In this document: in pieces, positions 38,255 through 51,995 of the stretch
Layout of the letters: each line of letters opens with the position of its first letter
How positions within the stretch are numbered: the stretch's first letter is position 1
Source: Macrostomum lignano
Lineage: Eukaryota
NCBI GenBank assembly: GCA_002269645.1
Contig: NIVC01000572.1
Location: 323,669 to 387,668, forward strand
Length of the DNA stretch: 64,000 nucleotides
Direction of reading: 5' to 3'
Program-made: the position numbers and the translations under genes
Notes under the pieces: model-generated
Seen by the model: the letters and a program-made list of their open reading frames with translations, nothing else
Database searches by the model: none
What the model was told of the DNA's origin: nothing

Positions 38255-41200
38255 AATGTCAAACATTAAAGAGCCACCATGTCAAACATTAAAGAGCCAC
38301 CATGTCGACCATTAAAGAGCCACCATGTCGACCATTAAAGAGCCACCATGTCGAACATTAAAGAGCTACCATGTCGAACATTAAAGAGCCACCATGTCGA
38401 CCATTAAAGAGCCACCATGTCGAACATTAAAGAGCCACCATGTCCAACATACACATGACTCCATGTTGAACATTCAAGAGCTACCATGTCAAACATATAC
38501 ATGACGCCATGTCGAACATAAAAGAGCCACCATGTCGAACATTAAAAAGCCACCATGTCAAACATTAAAGAGCCACCATTTCAACCCTAAAAGAGCCACC
38601 ATGTCGAACATTAAAGAGCAACCAGGTCAAACATATACATGACTCCATGTCGAACATTGAAGAGCCACCATGTCGAACATTAAAGGGCCACCATGTCAAA
38701 TATTAAAGGGCCACCATGTCAAATATTAAAGAGCCACCATGTCAAACATTAAAGAGCCACCAGGTCAAACATGAAAGTGCCACCATGTCTAACATTAAAG
38801 AGCCACCATGGCAGACATATACATGACTCTATGTCGAACATTCAAGAGCTACCATGTCAAACATATACATGACTCCATGTCAAACATTAAAGAGACACTA
38901 TGTCAAACATTAAAGAGCCACCAGGTCAAACATGAAAGTGCCACCATGTAACACATTAAAGAGCCACCATGTCGAACATTTAAGAACCACCATGTCAAAC
39001 ATAAAATAGCCACCATGTGAAACATATACGTGACTTCATGTAAAACATTAAAGAGCTACCATATCAGACATATACATGACTCCATGTCAAACATATACGT
39101 GACTCCATGTTAGACATTAAAGAGCCACCATGTCGAACATTAAAGAGCCAACATGTTAAAAATACAAGAGCCACCATGTCAAACATATACATGACTCCAT
39201 GTCAAACATTGAAGAGACACCATGTCGAACATAAAAGAGCCACCATGCAAAACATTAAAGAGACACTATGTCTAACATTAAAGAGCCACCATGTCGAACA
39301 TTTAAGAGCCACCATGTCAAACATATACATGACTCCATGTTGAACATTCAAGAGCTACCATGTCAAACATATACATGACTCCATGTTGAACATTCAAGAG
39401 CTACCATGTCAAACATATACATGACGCCATGTCGAACATAAAAGAGCCACCATGTAAAACATATACGTGACTCCATGTCAAACATTGAAGAGCCACCATA
39501 TCGAACATAAAAGGGCCACCATGTCAAATATTAAAGAGCCACCATGTCAAACATTAAAGAGCCACCAGGTCAAACATGAAAGTGCCACCATGTCTAACAT
39601 TAAAGAGCCACCATGGCAGACATATACATGACTCTATGTCGAACATTCAAGAGCTACCATGTCAAACATATACATGACTCCATGTCAAACATTAAAGAGA
39701 CACTATGTCAAACATTAAAGAGCCACCAGGTCAAACATGAAAGTGCCACCATGTAACACATTAAAGAGCCACCATGTCGAACATTTAAGAACCACCATGT
39801 CAAACATAAAATAGCCACCATGTCAAACATATACATGACTCCATGTCAAACATTGAAGAGACACCATGTCGAACATAAAAGAGCCACCATGCAAAACATT
39901 AAAGAGACACTATGTCTAACATTAAAGAGCCACCATGCCGAACATTTAAGAGCCACCATGTCAAACATATACATGACGCCATGTCGAACATAAAAGAGCC
40001 ACCATGTAAAACATATACGTGACTCCATGTCAAACATTGAAGAGCCACCATATCGAACATAAAAGGGCCACCATGTCAAATATTAAAGAGCCACCATGTC
40101 AAACATTAAAGAGCCACCAGGTCAAACATAAAATACCCAACATGTGAAACATATACGTGACTCCATGTAAAACATTAAAGAGCTACCATATCAGGCATAT
40201 GCATGACTCCATGTCAAACATATACGTGACTCCATGTTAGACAATTAAGAGCCACCATTTCGAAAATTAAAGAGTCAACATGTTAAAAATACAAGAGCAT
40301 CCATGTCAAACATATACATGACGCCATGTCAAACATTGAAGAGACACCATGTCGAACATAAAAGAGCCACCATGCAAAACATAAAAGAGCCACCATGTCT
40401 AACATTAAAGAGCCACCATGTCAAACATATACATGACTCCATGTCAAACAGTAAAGAGACACTATGTCAAACATTAAAGAGCCACCATGTCGAACATTTA
40501 AGAGCCACCATGTCAAACATATACATGACTCCATGTTGAACATTCAAGAACTACCATGTCAAACATATACATGACGCCATGTCGAACATTAAAGAGCCAC
40601 CATGTCAAACATTATAGAGCCACTATGTCGAACATTTAAGAGCCACCATGTCAAACATATACATGACTCCATGTTGAACATTAAAGAGCCACCATGTCGA
40701 ACATTTAAGAGCTACCATGTGAAACATGTACATGACTCCATGTCGAACATTACAGAGCCACCATGTCAAAGATAAAAGAGCCACCATGTCAAACATAAAA
40801 GAGCCACCATGTCAAATATTAAAGAGCCACCAGGTCAAACATGAAAGTGCCACCATGTAAAACATTAAAGAGCCACCATGTCAAACATATACGTAACTCC
40901 ATGTCAAACATTGAAGAGACCCCATGTCAAACATTAAAGAGCCACCATGTCCAACATAAAAGAGTCACCATGTAAAACATATACGTAACTCCATGTCGAA
41001 CATTGAAGCGACACCATGTCGAACATAAAAGAGCCACCATGTCGAACATAAAAGAGCTACCATGTCAAACATTAAAGAGCCACCATGTCAAACATATAAG
41101 TGACTTTATGTCGAACATTAAAGAGCCACCATGTCTAACATTAAAAAGCCACCATGTCCAACATTAAAGAGCCACCATGTCAAAAAGTAAAGAGCCACCA

Positions 41201-41690
41201 TGTCTAACATTTAAGAGCCATCATGTCAAACATTAAAGAGCTACTTTGTCTAACATTAAAGAGCCACCATGTCAAACATTAAAGAGCCACCATGTCAAAC
41301 ATTAAAGAGCCACCATGTCAAACATAAAAGAGCCAACTTTTTGAACATTAAAGAGCCACCATGTCAAACATAATAGAGCCACCATGTCAAACATAATAGA
41401 GCCACCATGTCAAACATTAAAAAGCCACTTTGTAAAACATAGAAGAGCTCCCATGTCAAACATAGAAGAGCCCCCATGTCAAACATAGAAGAGCCCCCAT
41501 GTCAAACATAGAAGAGCCACCATGTCAGACATTGAAAAGCCACCGTATCAAACATAAAAGAGTTACCATGTACGAGCGTAGAACAAAAAAGAGCCACAAT
41601 GTATAACATAAAAGAGCCACAATGTAGAACATAAAAGAGCCACCCTGTTAAACATAAAAGATACACAATTTCAAACGTAAAAGTAAGCGA
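38255..41690. repeat. 3.4-kb satellite of 23-bp monomers (catgtcaaacattaaagagccac / catgtcaaacatatacatgactc) with higher-order duplications
   Basis: Period 23. Variant blocks recur at offsets 805 (35x23; 38705 vs 39510) and 644 (28x23; 39211 vs 39855). Confidence 0.95.
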
Positions 41691-41759
41691 ATTTTAAAGG
41701 AGCCGCTATAATGCTAAGGAAATTGTCGCACTAGCTACTTATTGTCTGGTGGATGCTTA

Positions 41760-42212
41760 CTATTTGGGGATGCTATCTATCTTGGGGATGCTTGCTATCT
41801 TGGGGATGCTTGCTATCTGGGGGATGCTTGCTATCTGGGGATGCTTGCTATCTGGGGATGCTTGCTATCTGGGGGATGCTTGCTATCTGAGGGATGCTTG
41901 CTATCTGGGGGATGCTTGCTATCTGGGGGATGCTTGCTATCTGAGGGATGCTTGCTATCTGGGGGATGCTTGCTCTCTGGGGGATGCTTGCTATCCGGGG
42001 GATGCTTGCTATCTGGGGGATGCTTGAAATCTGGGGATGCTTGCTATCTGAGGGATGCTTGCTATCTGGGGGATGCTTGCTATCTGGGGGACGCTTGCTA
42101 TCTGGGGGATGCTTGCTATCTTGGGGATGCCTGCTATCTGGGGATGCTTGCTATCTTGGGGATGCTTGCTATCTGGGGGATGCTTGCTATCTGGGGGATG
42201 CTTGCGGTCTTG
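41760..42212. repeat. 17-18-bp minisatellite (ggggatgcttgctatct)
   Basis: Direct reading. Confidence 0.95.
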
Positions 42213-42373
42213 GGATGATTTCTTTTTGCAATGCACTTCATTTGAGCAGTTTGTCTGTTGTCTTTTTGAAGGATTTTTGGCTGTTTTTTTGTTACTTGTA
42301 GAGAACAGAGATTCTATCCAGATATATAATATATAAAAATATTACTGAATTAGTACTTAACCAAGGTGCTAAA

Positions 42374-42602
42374 GCTACGCTAAGGCTACGCTAACGCTAC
42401 GCTAAGGCTACGCTAACGCTACGCTAACGCTACGCTAACGCTACGCTAACGCTACGCTAACGCTACGCTAACGCTACGCTAACGCTACGCTAACGCTACG
42501 CTAACGCTACGCTAACGCTACGCTAACGCTACGCTAACGCTACGCTAACGCTACGCTTACGCTACGCTAACGCTATGCTAACGCTACACAAACGCTACGC
42601 TC
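42374..42602. repeat. 11-bp tandem repeat (acgctaacgct)n
   Basis: Direct reading. Confidence 0.95.
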
Positions 42603-43672
42603 GTGGAACTCGTGTACTATCTGTCGAAAGAAATTATAAAAACAACGGAAAAGATCATGGTTTATTTTCGTTTCTCAAATTCAAATTCACATCCTAATGA
42701 GAGATAAAGTTTTTCAAAGCATTTGATTTACTGCGAGTCTGGCTATGTGATAATAAGTTTATACCGAAACTAACAATAATATAATATTGTTAAAAAAACT
42801 GCAAACGAAAACAAGAAGTTATAGTTTTAAAAATTAAAAGGCGATCGCTACGCTAACGGAAAAAGCATGAAGATGCAAAGATAAAACAATAATTTTCTTT
42901 CGAGTATTGAATACGAGTAGCTCCGATTAGCTCGTAGAGCTTAGGAAATATTTAAAATAATGAAGAGAAAAACAAGCTGAAAGCAGAAGCTGTTTAAATG
43001 GTTTTGATTAAAGCTATTGGCACATATTCAAATAAAACGCGTTTTTGACACATTGTATGGGTTGATAAAATGTACATGTACTTTTATTAATAGAGTACTA
43101 CACTCTATTCAACACAACACTGTTTAATGCAAAAGATACATGTAGGGACAAAAAACGAATCTGGACCTTCTAAATCCTACAATGCTTCGAACCCATTCAT
43201 AATGCTCATATGGCAAATTCAGTTTTCAGACCAAGAGCTTATGTCTTTGAAGACTAATGACACGGGAATTCCACTTTTTGTAATATCTTTCTCATACTTG
43301 CTTTACTTTCCTATGGGAAATTGTAACAGAAATGAGGGCAATTTTAAGGACCATTTCAAAAAGATGTGTAAAACACGTGTTAGAAAGAGTAGCTAGCTAA
43401 TTCGAAGGAATCAGCTGGTATAACTTGTAGCGAATGTGGCAGTCAACATTTAAAAATTTAATGAAGAACAGCCAAGTCAAAAGTAAAGAAACTATAACGC
43501 AATATAACAATATCAGCAACAAGTCTGCGATTTTTAGAGTGAGATTAAAAAACGGACGGAACCAAAATTAGCACCCAACAAGATTCACTAAGCTAGTAAA
43601 AACGTTCCATAAAAAAACTAAAGCGTCCTTTAAACTCGTAACCTTGCAGTTTATATTGTCTGCGTTCTATCG

Positions 43673-46600
43673 CTAGTAGGTAACATCATAATTTTCATGA
43701 AATTTGCGCGCTTTCGGGCAAAGCGTCACCAACGAATTGTGAACCTGCTGCAGCTGCTTGATGATGCTGATCTTAACTGTTGCAGTGCTCTCAGAATAGA
43801 TGTTCATGCCTCGAAGAAAGTCATTTCGCTTTACTAGGTTATTTCTCGAGAGATTGTCTAAAGTGCATGGATCTTCCCGTGTCTCCTGTTTGCTTTGTTC
43901 AGCTGTTCCAGTACTGCCCTGTTTGTGCCTTGCCATACGGCAACTGACCAAGTGACGGTCGAACAGCTTCATCAGATATCGAGCGTAGCATCGAACTTCA
44001 GTGTCAGAGGGCGGACTATCTTCGGGAAACTCTCGATCCCACATCATCACAGCGATAGCTTTGAGGCTCCGATTTCGCTTCTCCTCCCATTCGGTTAATG
44101 GATCTAGTAAAAAAACGAATACGTTGGTAAATTTACTTGCACATTCGTAAAATATAGCAACAGGTTAAAAAAGCACTATACTTGGGATATGTATACTCAG
44201 TTAGTCAATTTTGAGTAGTTTTAACAATACAACATTTTCATTGCATTCTCTCTACTTAAAATTGGAAGGTACAAGTAACCTAGCGTCATTAATCATTGTA
44301 TCTATAAGGAAAAGCGATGAAATAAAGACCAGCGCTTTCGATGGAAAATCTAAAAATACGAAAGGCTCAGACCAAGTTTTAACACAGGGCCCATACATAA
44401 ATTATACATACTAAAAAGCATGGGTTTGCTCACTAGCAAGCAAAGTAAATATAATTTTCAAGCACAACAAAGGTGAAAAAACCTACCAGTCAGTGCTTCA
44501 GTGAGAAGGTTTGAAGCACCCAAAGGAGAGGAACCAAAGTCTTGCAAGTAAAATAACGGCCTGTCTTTGTACAACGCAGTCTAAAATAGCGTAAAATCAG
44601 CAAATTAACTGAATGCACAAATGCGTGATTAAATAGCATGTAAAATATTACAGCACACATGAATTTAGTCCACAATTAATGTGAAAAAATAAGTAAAACA
44701 CATTTTTAGTATATGAAGAAGATATCTACGAACCTTAAACTTTTGACTCAACTCATTCCATGACTCGAGATCTACAGAGAATGAAGCACCATCGCGGTAG
44801 TTATTGGAAACTCGGTTTAGAAATTTTTGAAAGAACTGCACAATCTCTAAGCCTTTCCAAAGCCAAGGACTGGGTGATACGCCTTTCACTACCAAGCGCT
44901 TTTCCACGCTTAAACACTTCTTAAGACAGAGAAGGCACTGCGTCTGTTGATCGTCTAGCTGAGCGTGATATCGATACATATAGGCAAGAATTAAGTAGCA
45001 AAAAGCTGTTTTCACGTCGTTCGGACACAGTAGCTCGAGTATTCTGGCAGCCTGCCGAAACTTAAGAATGGCGCCACTTAAAGTGCCGTAGGGTGATTTA
45101 GTTGGGTCTCTAAATGCTTGAATAAATAGTTCAATACCCACGTGCATGTGAATGAGAGCATAGAGCTCCGTATCAACCAGCTCCGCTCTTTGACACAAAT
45201 CATACGCTTGTTGAAGAATTTTCAGCTTGCCAACGTAATGCGCAACGGTTAAAACAACATCTAAATTGCATTTATCAGCGGGCTTTTCTTCAGTCTTATT
45301 AAACTCATAAGGTAGCACTTCCAGCAGATCCAAAAGTCCATGGAAATTAACCTGAGCTTTATGCAAGCATAACATCAAGTCCGTAGCGGTCGAATCGACA
45401 GTACCAATGCTTCGCCCGACGTCTTTTGAATGCTTATCGACGTCTTTCAGCAACAAAGTCACAGAATGAATAAGTTTATAATTAATTTCGTAAATACTGT
45501 CCACGGAGAACATTCTATCCAGCTGGTAATAAGCGTTGGATAAATGTTCTTCTAGAAACACGAAAGCAATCCAATCAAGACCTTGTATGCTGGTTTCGTT
45601 TTTCTGGACAATTTCACTAACCAGATTTAAGGACTCGAAAGCCTCGAGCCAGGAGTTTTTCTGCGAAGCCAAGAAGCTCGTTACAACAGAACAAGCTCCT
45701 AAAAGATACGAAACAATCATTTTTCCGATCTGTTCTGACCATGAGTCCCTAAAGTCAGTTTTAACAAATGACGAAGCGTTCTTCTTCTGATGCTCCTCTG
45801 AGGCTTGCAGAATAAAAATAATGCCTTCGTTCACCAACCAAAGTGCAACTAGGAAGACCAACATTTTGTGATCTTTGGGGAACCTCAACTCGAAGTCCTC
45901 ATATGTAATTCTGGCTAAACGACAGACATCCAGCTTTATACCGAATCCAATATCCAGTAGGTGTGCAGTAGGGGGCGACCCAGTCCCGGGCCCGGGCCCG
46001 AAAAGTCGGGAATCCCGACCAAAATCGTGGCCCGACCCGGGCCCGGGCCCGACCCTAAAAAAGTCGGGAAATCGGGACAAGTCTTTTTTCCCTAAAGGCA
46101 CTAACCGCGTGCGAAAGAATAAAATTATTTTTCAACATATTCACACTAATTTACGTTTAATTCCAGCCCCAGGAAAATGCAACTGCAACTGCAACTGTCT
46201 GTGACCGTGAGTGTCAGCCACAGCAGTTTCCACTTTCCAGGAAGATCGGATTTTTTCCAGGAAGATAAAATTAAAACAGTTTTGCAATACTTTTTTGCAA
46301 TATTGATTCCACTTTACACGCTGCAGGCTGCAGCCTAAAAGCAAAAATATGATTCTTTAAAAAGTTGATTTGTCATTTTTAAGCTTTTGTAAATAACATT
46401 TCCTATTTACATTCCAAGAAGTACCTATTAAGGGCCAAGGCAACCATTTTTCCAAGAAGTTTGCTATCTATCAGTATCAGAGTTTGTAATCGTGTTCATA
46501 TTTGTATCGTATTCGTAGGTAGTCGTAGTCGTAGACTCATAGTATCGTATTCGTAATCATATTCGTTTAGGTGGGTAGGTGAGCAGGTAGGCAGGTATCA

Positions 46601-49349
46601 GCTAATTACTTGTATTTCCATTGTCTGTTTGCCTGTTCTGTTGAGACAGTTGAGTGTTGTGTTGTGTTGTCACTTCATTTGTGTTCTGCTCTGTTGTCTT
46701 GTCTTGTTGTCTTACTGAATACTGACTGTGTACATGGCTCTTTACATTGAAGCTATGTAAAGGAACTAAAAATTCAAATAAAAGAATCAATCAATTGATT
46801 TGGTTCTTACTTCCTTACTGCTTCCAATGCCAAGTGCCTTACACTTAATGCTTCAGCTTTTCTTCTTTTTGATTACTGCCACTGCCAGTGCCAGCCGCAC
46901 TGCCGCAGTGCCTGCTTGCCTACCTCACTGCCTGTTAGTGTCATTGTCACTGGCACACACACAGTACTTGTGCCACACAGGGACATTGAATTTGAACTAT
47001 TGAGTATATTGATATTTGAGTATTAAGTCTTTTAATGTAACTCTTATCTATTCTGAAGTCGTAACTAATGTATTAAATAATAATAATATTTATTATATTT
47101 ATATATTATTATATATTTAATGTATTTATATATTATAATATATTTGATGTTTATCATATATTTATTATACATTTAATATATTATATTAAATTTAAAAATT
47201 CATATATTTATTATATATTTAATAGTAATCCGCATATGCTAAAAGTATTAAGATTTATTATGATTTTTTTCCAATTATTGAGCTGTCCTAAAGATCTTGT
47301 CCCGAATTCCCGAGGCCCGACCCGGGCCCGAGTCCTCATTCCCGGGCCCGACCCGGGCCCGACTTTGGCCGTCCCGGTCGCCCCCTAGTGTGCAGCCTTC
47401 TCTTGTTGATGTTTTGCAGAAGACAAAGCTTGAGTATTCAAATAATGGCGAGTAATGCAGAGAATGCAAAACACCCTGACCGGAATGTCTTCGATGTCCT
47501 CATACTTGCGTACTAACTTCTTTAAATATGCAAGCGATTCTAGTCGGTAGCCATCCAAAAAGTCTTTCGAGTCTTTGATCGTACGTATTATAGTCATCCA
47601 TGCTGAGCCATCGCTTGAATCAACAGAAGACTCGAGATTGCTTTTCGGTACCATATCAGCTTGGAGATTTGAAGCGCTGCGCACATTGGAGCTCTCATCA
47701 GCAGGCTGTGTTCGTACGCTCTTCTCTAAAAATCTTCTTTTGATGGCTGAATTCTGAAGAATTTAAAGGAAAATGAAGTAGCATGTTACTAAGCAGGTGA
47801 ATAAACATGAAGTAATGAAAATAACTATTAAAAGGTATGCAAAACTTACAGCTCTGTTGTACAACTCCTTGCATTTTGCAGAGCTAGTCGAGTCAGAACG
47901 CAAATTAGCACCAACGTGAAGAAACTGCAACAAATATGTTGCCGTCACTGTTCCCGACTCCAATGCACACTCCAAATGTACAGCTTTCTCAAAGTTCTGA
48001 AGAGCCTCTTCCGAAAACGCACCAGCACTATTGACGAGAACTACAGACAGCATTGTGACAGCTGAAGCAGTGAGAGGATCACTTGCGTAGTTACTTCTCA
48101 AAACAGACGCGCTTTTCTCTAAGCATGACTTAGATAATTCGTACTTCTTTTTCAAAAAATCTCGATTAAGAGCTTTACTGCTGCAATCAAGACCACTCTT
48201 CAACGGGCATGTGTCCTCAAAGTGGCTTACTCCTTCGACATAGTTGGCGTAAGCTGTGAAGTAGGAGACAAAATCAACGCTTTTGTCTTGCAAGCGATTC
48301 AGAAGCTGCTTTCCTAGCTTAACCAGCGCCATACACTTTTGCGGCAGACGCAACTCTAACAAACAAGCAGCCATGTTCAGAATGGAAGTGATGGACCACC
48401 CATTAGGAATAATGTCTGAATCGATTCGTCGAATCAAGCTGGCCTTCTGAGGTCGCCGCTCGATTGCCCCGTCGGAATATTGGAATGCCTTTACGAGGAA
48501 CTTGTGCTCGTAAATTGTCTTCCTTTTAGCACAGTTAAACATCAGTCTGCTCATGGTTAACCTCAAAGAGTTTGCAAGACAAGGGTCGACTGCGACTGCC
48601 TTCTGACTGAAGTACTGAGTCGCCAACCAATGGGCAAATTGACAATAAGACAACCAATCTGGTTTTTCAGAAGTATCATCGTTCCAGAGTGCGATGTAGC
48701 ATTTACCTGCAACGTAATGCGCAGTGACAAATGTTATTGCGCTCTTGAAGCCCTGTTTATCATTGGCTTCCTCTGTTTCCGATTGTCTCTTTTGTCTTTC
48801 TTGCTGTTGATCAGTGGTTTTTGCCATGCTTGATTGATTGTTCTTTGGTTGTATGTCGCTTTCGCTCTTTGTCTCGGTTTTTTGCTTTCTTTGCTCATAT
48901 TCAAAGTGCTCAGAAGAAATTTTATCAAGGAACTCACTGTACTGAGAGATCATAACCAATTTATGTTCGCTGGGTGTTTTTAGTTTTCGCTTATTAGCGG
49001 GTTGATCCACACTCTCTTGATTTTCGCCGTGTTTTTCTTTCTCTACTGCTCCAGACTTTGCTTCGTGACCACTGTTTTCCATCGCTGAGTAGAGTAATTT
49101 AAACGCGTCACCCAATAAACTCTCAAACTCTTTCAAAAAGCGCTCTGTTTGAGCATTATTTTGCCGAACTTGATACTCATTTATCAGCATTACAGTGGAA
49201 AGAGATTTCTCGAGGAGTCCAGCATCTTTTGAATGATGAACGCGATTATACCTGTCTTTCCAGTACTGCAAGTTGAACGTATTCGCAAAATACTGAAGAA
49301 ACGCAGCCTCTCCATCTTTAATCAATCCTTGATTTAGTTCAGAAGCCAT
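43673..49349 (-). CDS. Array paralog P1, 1205 aa if the insertion is removed; exons 47850-49349, 47388-47753 + 44734-45960 (split by a hAT element), 44487-44580, 43673-44103
   Basis: Junctions gct|gtaagt..ttcag|aat, aag|gttcgt..tttag|act and g|gtaggt..actag|at (phases 0,0,1). Excising 45969-47387 and one TSD restores QQEKAAH-LLDIGFG in frame. Sum 3618 nt. Confidence 0.8.
45969..47387. mobile_element. 1419-bp non-autonomous hAT element inserted in exon 2 of P1
   Basis: TSD GTGTGCAG at 45961-45968 and 47388-47395; perfect 12-bp TIR TAGGGGGCGACC; subterminal CCCGGGCCCG repeats at both ends; AT-rich non-coding interior. Confidence 0.92.
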
Positions 49350-51612
49350 CAGCTTTGAAATAAGCTATGAAACCCCAAGTCGCCGATATAATTCTTGATC
49401 ACGAATTGAACGTCACGAATTAAACGTGAACCCAGTCAGAGACTGGTTTCAGAAATTTTTAAATGGAAGTTTCATCGATAAACAAAATCTGAAAGGAATA
49501 TAAAGAATAAGCCAGCTGTATGAAACATAATAAGCATCAAGCAGTATCATAGCCAGTAATCAAGTAATTTCCCGTTGCCTATCAAAAAACGCTAGGTATT
49601 TCATTTGTAGTGCATCGTTATTCATAAAATGCTACTGTAAGTAGACTAATGCAAACATGCGCAGCAAAACTTAGTGTGAATCAGGTTACTATTTGTAACG
49701 AAACTATGAAGCATGTTACTAATTATAATGGGAAGCTGTATCGTGTTACTATTTATAATGAAAAGAGGAATCATGTTACTATCTACAGTATATTGAAAAG
49801 AGTAAGCCCTTGTTGGAGTCTTTATAATTTTACTATTGAGAGCCTTGTTATTGCTGGCAGTTACTGTTCAGTTGATTTTAGAGTTATTGAATTGGAGACT
49901 CCCTATTCCTAAGGGATTGGATAAAATCTACGGACCGATTCCGATACTCTTAGAGGATTATTGATTTGATTCATTTTGGTACCCTAGAGTAACCGATAGG
50001 AGCACACGATTCCGATTCCGCTATTTCTAGAAGACGACGCCCTTTCTGGAGGACCTCGTCATTGTTATAGAGTTAAATTTGTCATTAGGGCCCATCTCTG
50101 ATATCTGCACTCGAGAAATATATCGAAGTCGACGGGTTAAATTGTTATGTTCATTAAAGTGCTCTCATATTCAGCCGACTTCAGGATTCAAGAAGACTAC
50201 TCCGGATCGGAGGAAGACTACAAGCTCTACAGACCCGCCCAACAAAGAAGAGGAGCCTGCACCAGTAAGTGCTCACTGAATTTTGTTCTCATGCTTGAAG
50301 TCTGGAAGTGGGAGTTCGTGCGTTTAGACACTAGACCTAATTCTCTCTCTATTTTCTCTCTCTCTATCTCCCTAGCCCTCTCTCTCTAGTGTGCTAAAGC
50401 GAACTCTTTACATACTAGGAAATAGCGCACAGAATATCCTTCGGCAAAAAACCTAAAATATACTATTGAAAAGTATCAATAAAATTATAGTGTGCAGGAA
50501 CTCTAACTGTGTGGGCAAGATTTTGGGACCCGATAGAATTGCGACCAAGGGATTTCGGAAGACGCTCCTTGCTAAGTTAAAAAACTACAAAAAACAAACA
50601 ATTTTTGAGAAGAGTTATGCCAGATATCAACTTTATTCGACGTTATTACAATTGTTATAGAATTAAAAACAAAAAAATGCTACATTACTGACTTTGGCAT
50701 TTACACTTCTAACTGTTCAAAATGATAAAAGTAAAAAAATCTGCAAAGCCTTAAAATCTTATTCATCATTGCTATCTAGGATTCGAGAAATTCCCGCAGT
50801 TCTAGTTTAAGAAAATCGTTATAGTACAATAGCTAAAATTACATGAATATAGTTAGCCTAAGCGTGTTGAAACGGTGAAACGCACGGAAGCCCGCCCGCT
50901 GAAATTTTCTATGGCTGACTTCAATAAATATAACAACTCGTACACATATTGGATGAAAATAGCCTGTATTTGGTTAATGTTATACCACCTAAAGCTGTTC
51001 GACTTTAAGAATATTCAATTCTCTGCGAAATGCTTATTTATCAGTTACTGTTTTTTCGATTCGCAAAATAAGGAGTTTTGACCATAGACAATTTCTTAGA
51101 TTTCATTTTTTTCGTTTTCCAGAGTGCTCATGTGCAAATTGTGTGCAAAGGCTAAGCTCCCCTATGACCCCGCTGTCTTCTGACTGCCATAGACATTTTC
51201 AGCGGGCCGTGAAACCGACTGAATGCATTGGAATAAATGGGATTTTACCATAGACAGTCTCAGCGGGCTGTGAAACGCGGTTTTTTGTTTATATTGGTAA
51301 ATTGTTGCCTTACAAAAGTATGCTTCCGCTAAATATAACTACGCATAGGAACATCAAAGACAAGTAATAAGAAATAAGGAGAAAAATCAAACCATACTGT
51401 AAAAACACCGCATAAAAGGGTAAATTGTTTAAAAGTAAAGTCAGATTATATTGCACACGAATCACGATGTTGGTACATAAAAAGACAAAAGAAAATAAAA
51501 TAAAATGTTTCAGCGATTTTTTTCTTTGTGACTAAAGGCATTCAGACGAAATCAAATAAGTATGTCACACAAAAATGAAGCCAAAAATCAGATAGAATGA
51601 ATGCAGAGTTTC

Positions 51613-51995
51613 TTAATAACCAACTTCATGATTTTCGTGGTAGTCCCTCGCTGCTGGGCAGTTTGACAACAATAAATTATGAACTTCTTGCAGCCGATTA
51701 AGAATTTTAATCTTCTCCTGTGCGTTGCTCTGAGAGTAAATATTAAGGCCTTGAAGAAAGTCGTTTCGCCTAACCTCTCCGCTCTGTCCAAACGAATTTG
51801 GAATTTGGCATTTACCGTATTTAGAGAAAAAGCAACTGTCGGAGTGACTGTTGAATAACTTCGTCAAGTATTGGGCGTAACAGCGGATCTCTGTGTCAGA
51901 TGGCGGACTGGCGATAGGAAATTCACGATCCCGCATTATCACTGCGATTGCTTTCAGGTTGCGAGATCGTTTCTCCTCCCAATCGGTGAGTGGAT
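51613..51995 (-). CDS. Orphan last exon (C-terminal domain) of array paralog P0
   Basis: Acceptor gcacag|at (phase 1), then DPLTDWEEKRSRNLKAIAV...RRNDFLQG...YHENHEVGY*. Clearly homologous to the last exons of P1-P3; upstream exons not found. Confidence 0.75.

Noticed and set aside
38255-41690. CRISPR-like array
   Set aside because: No unique spacers; contiguous degenerate 23-bp monomers in a eukaryotic context with no cas genes.
41742-42336. GDACYL / GGCLLS ORFs
   Set aside because: Minisatellite translations.
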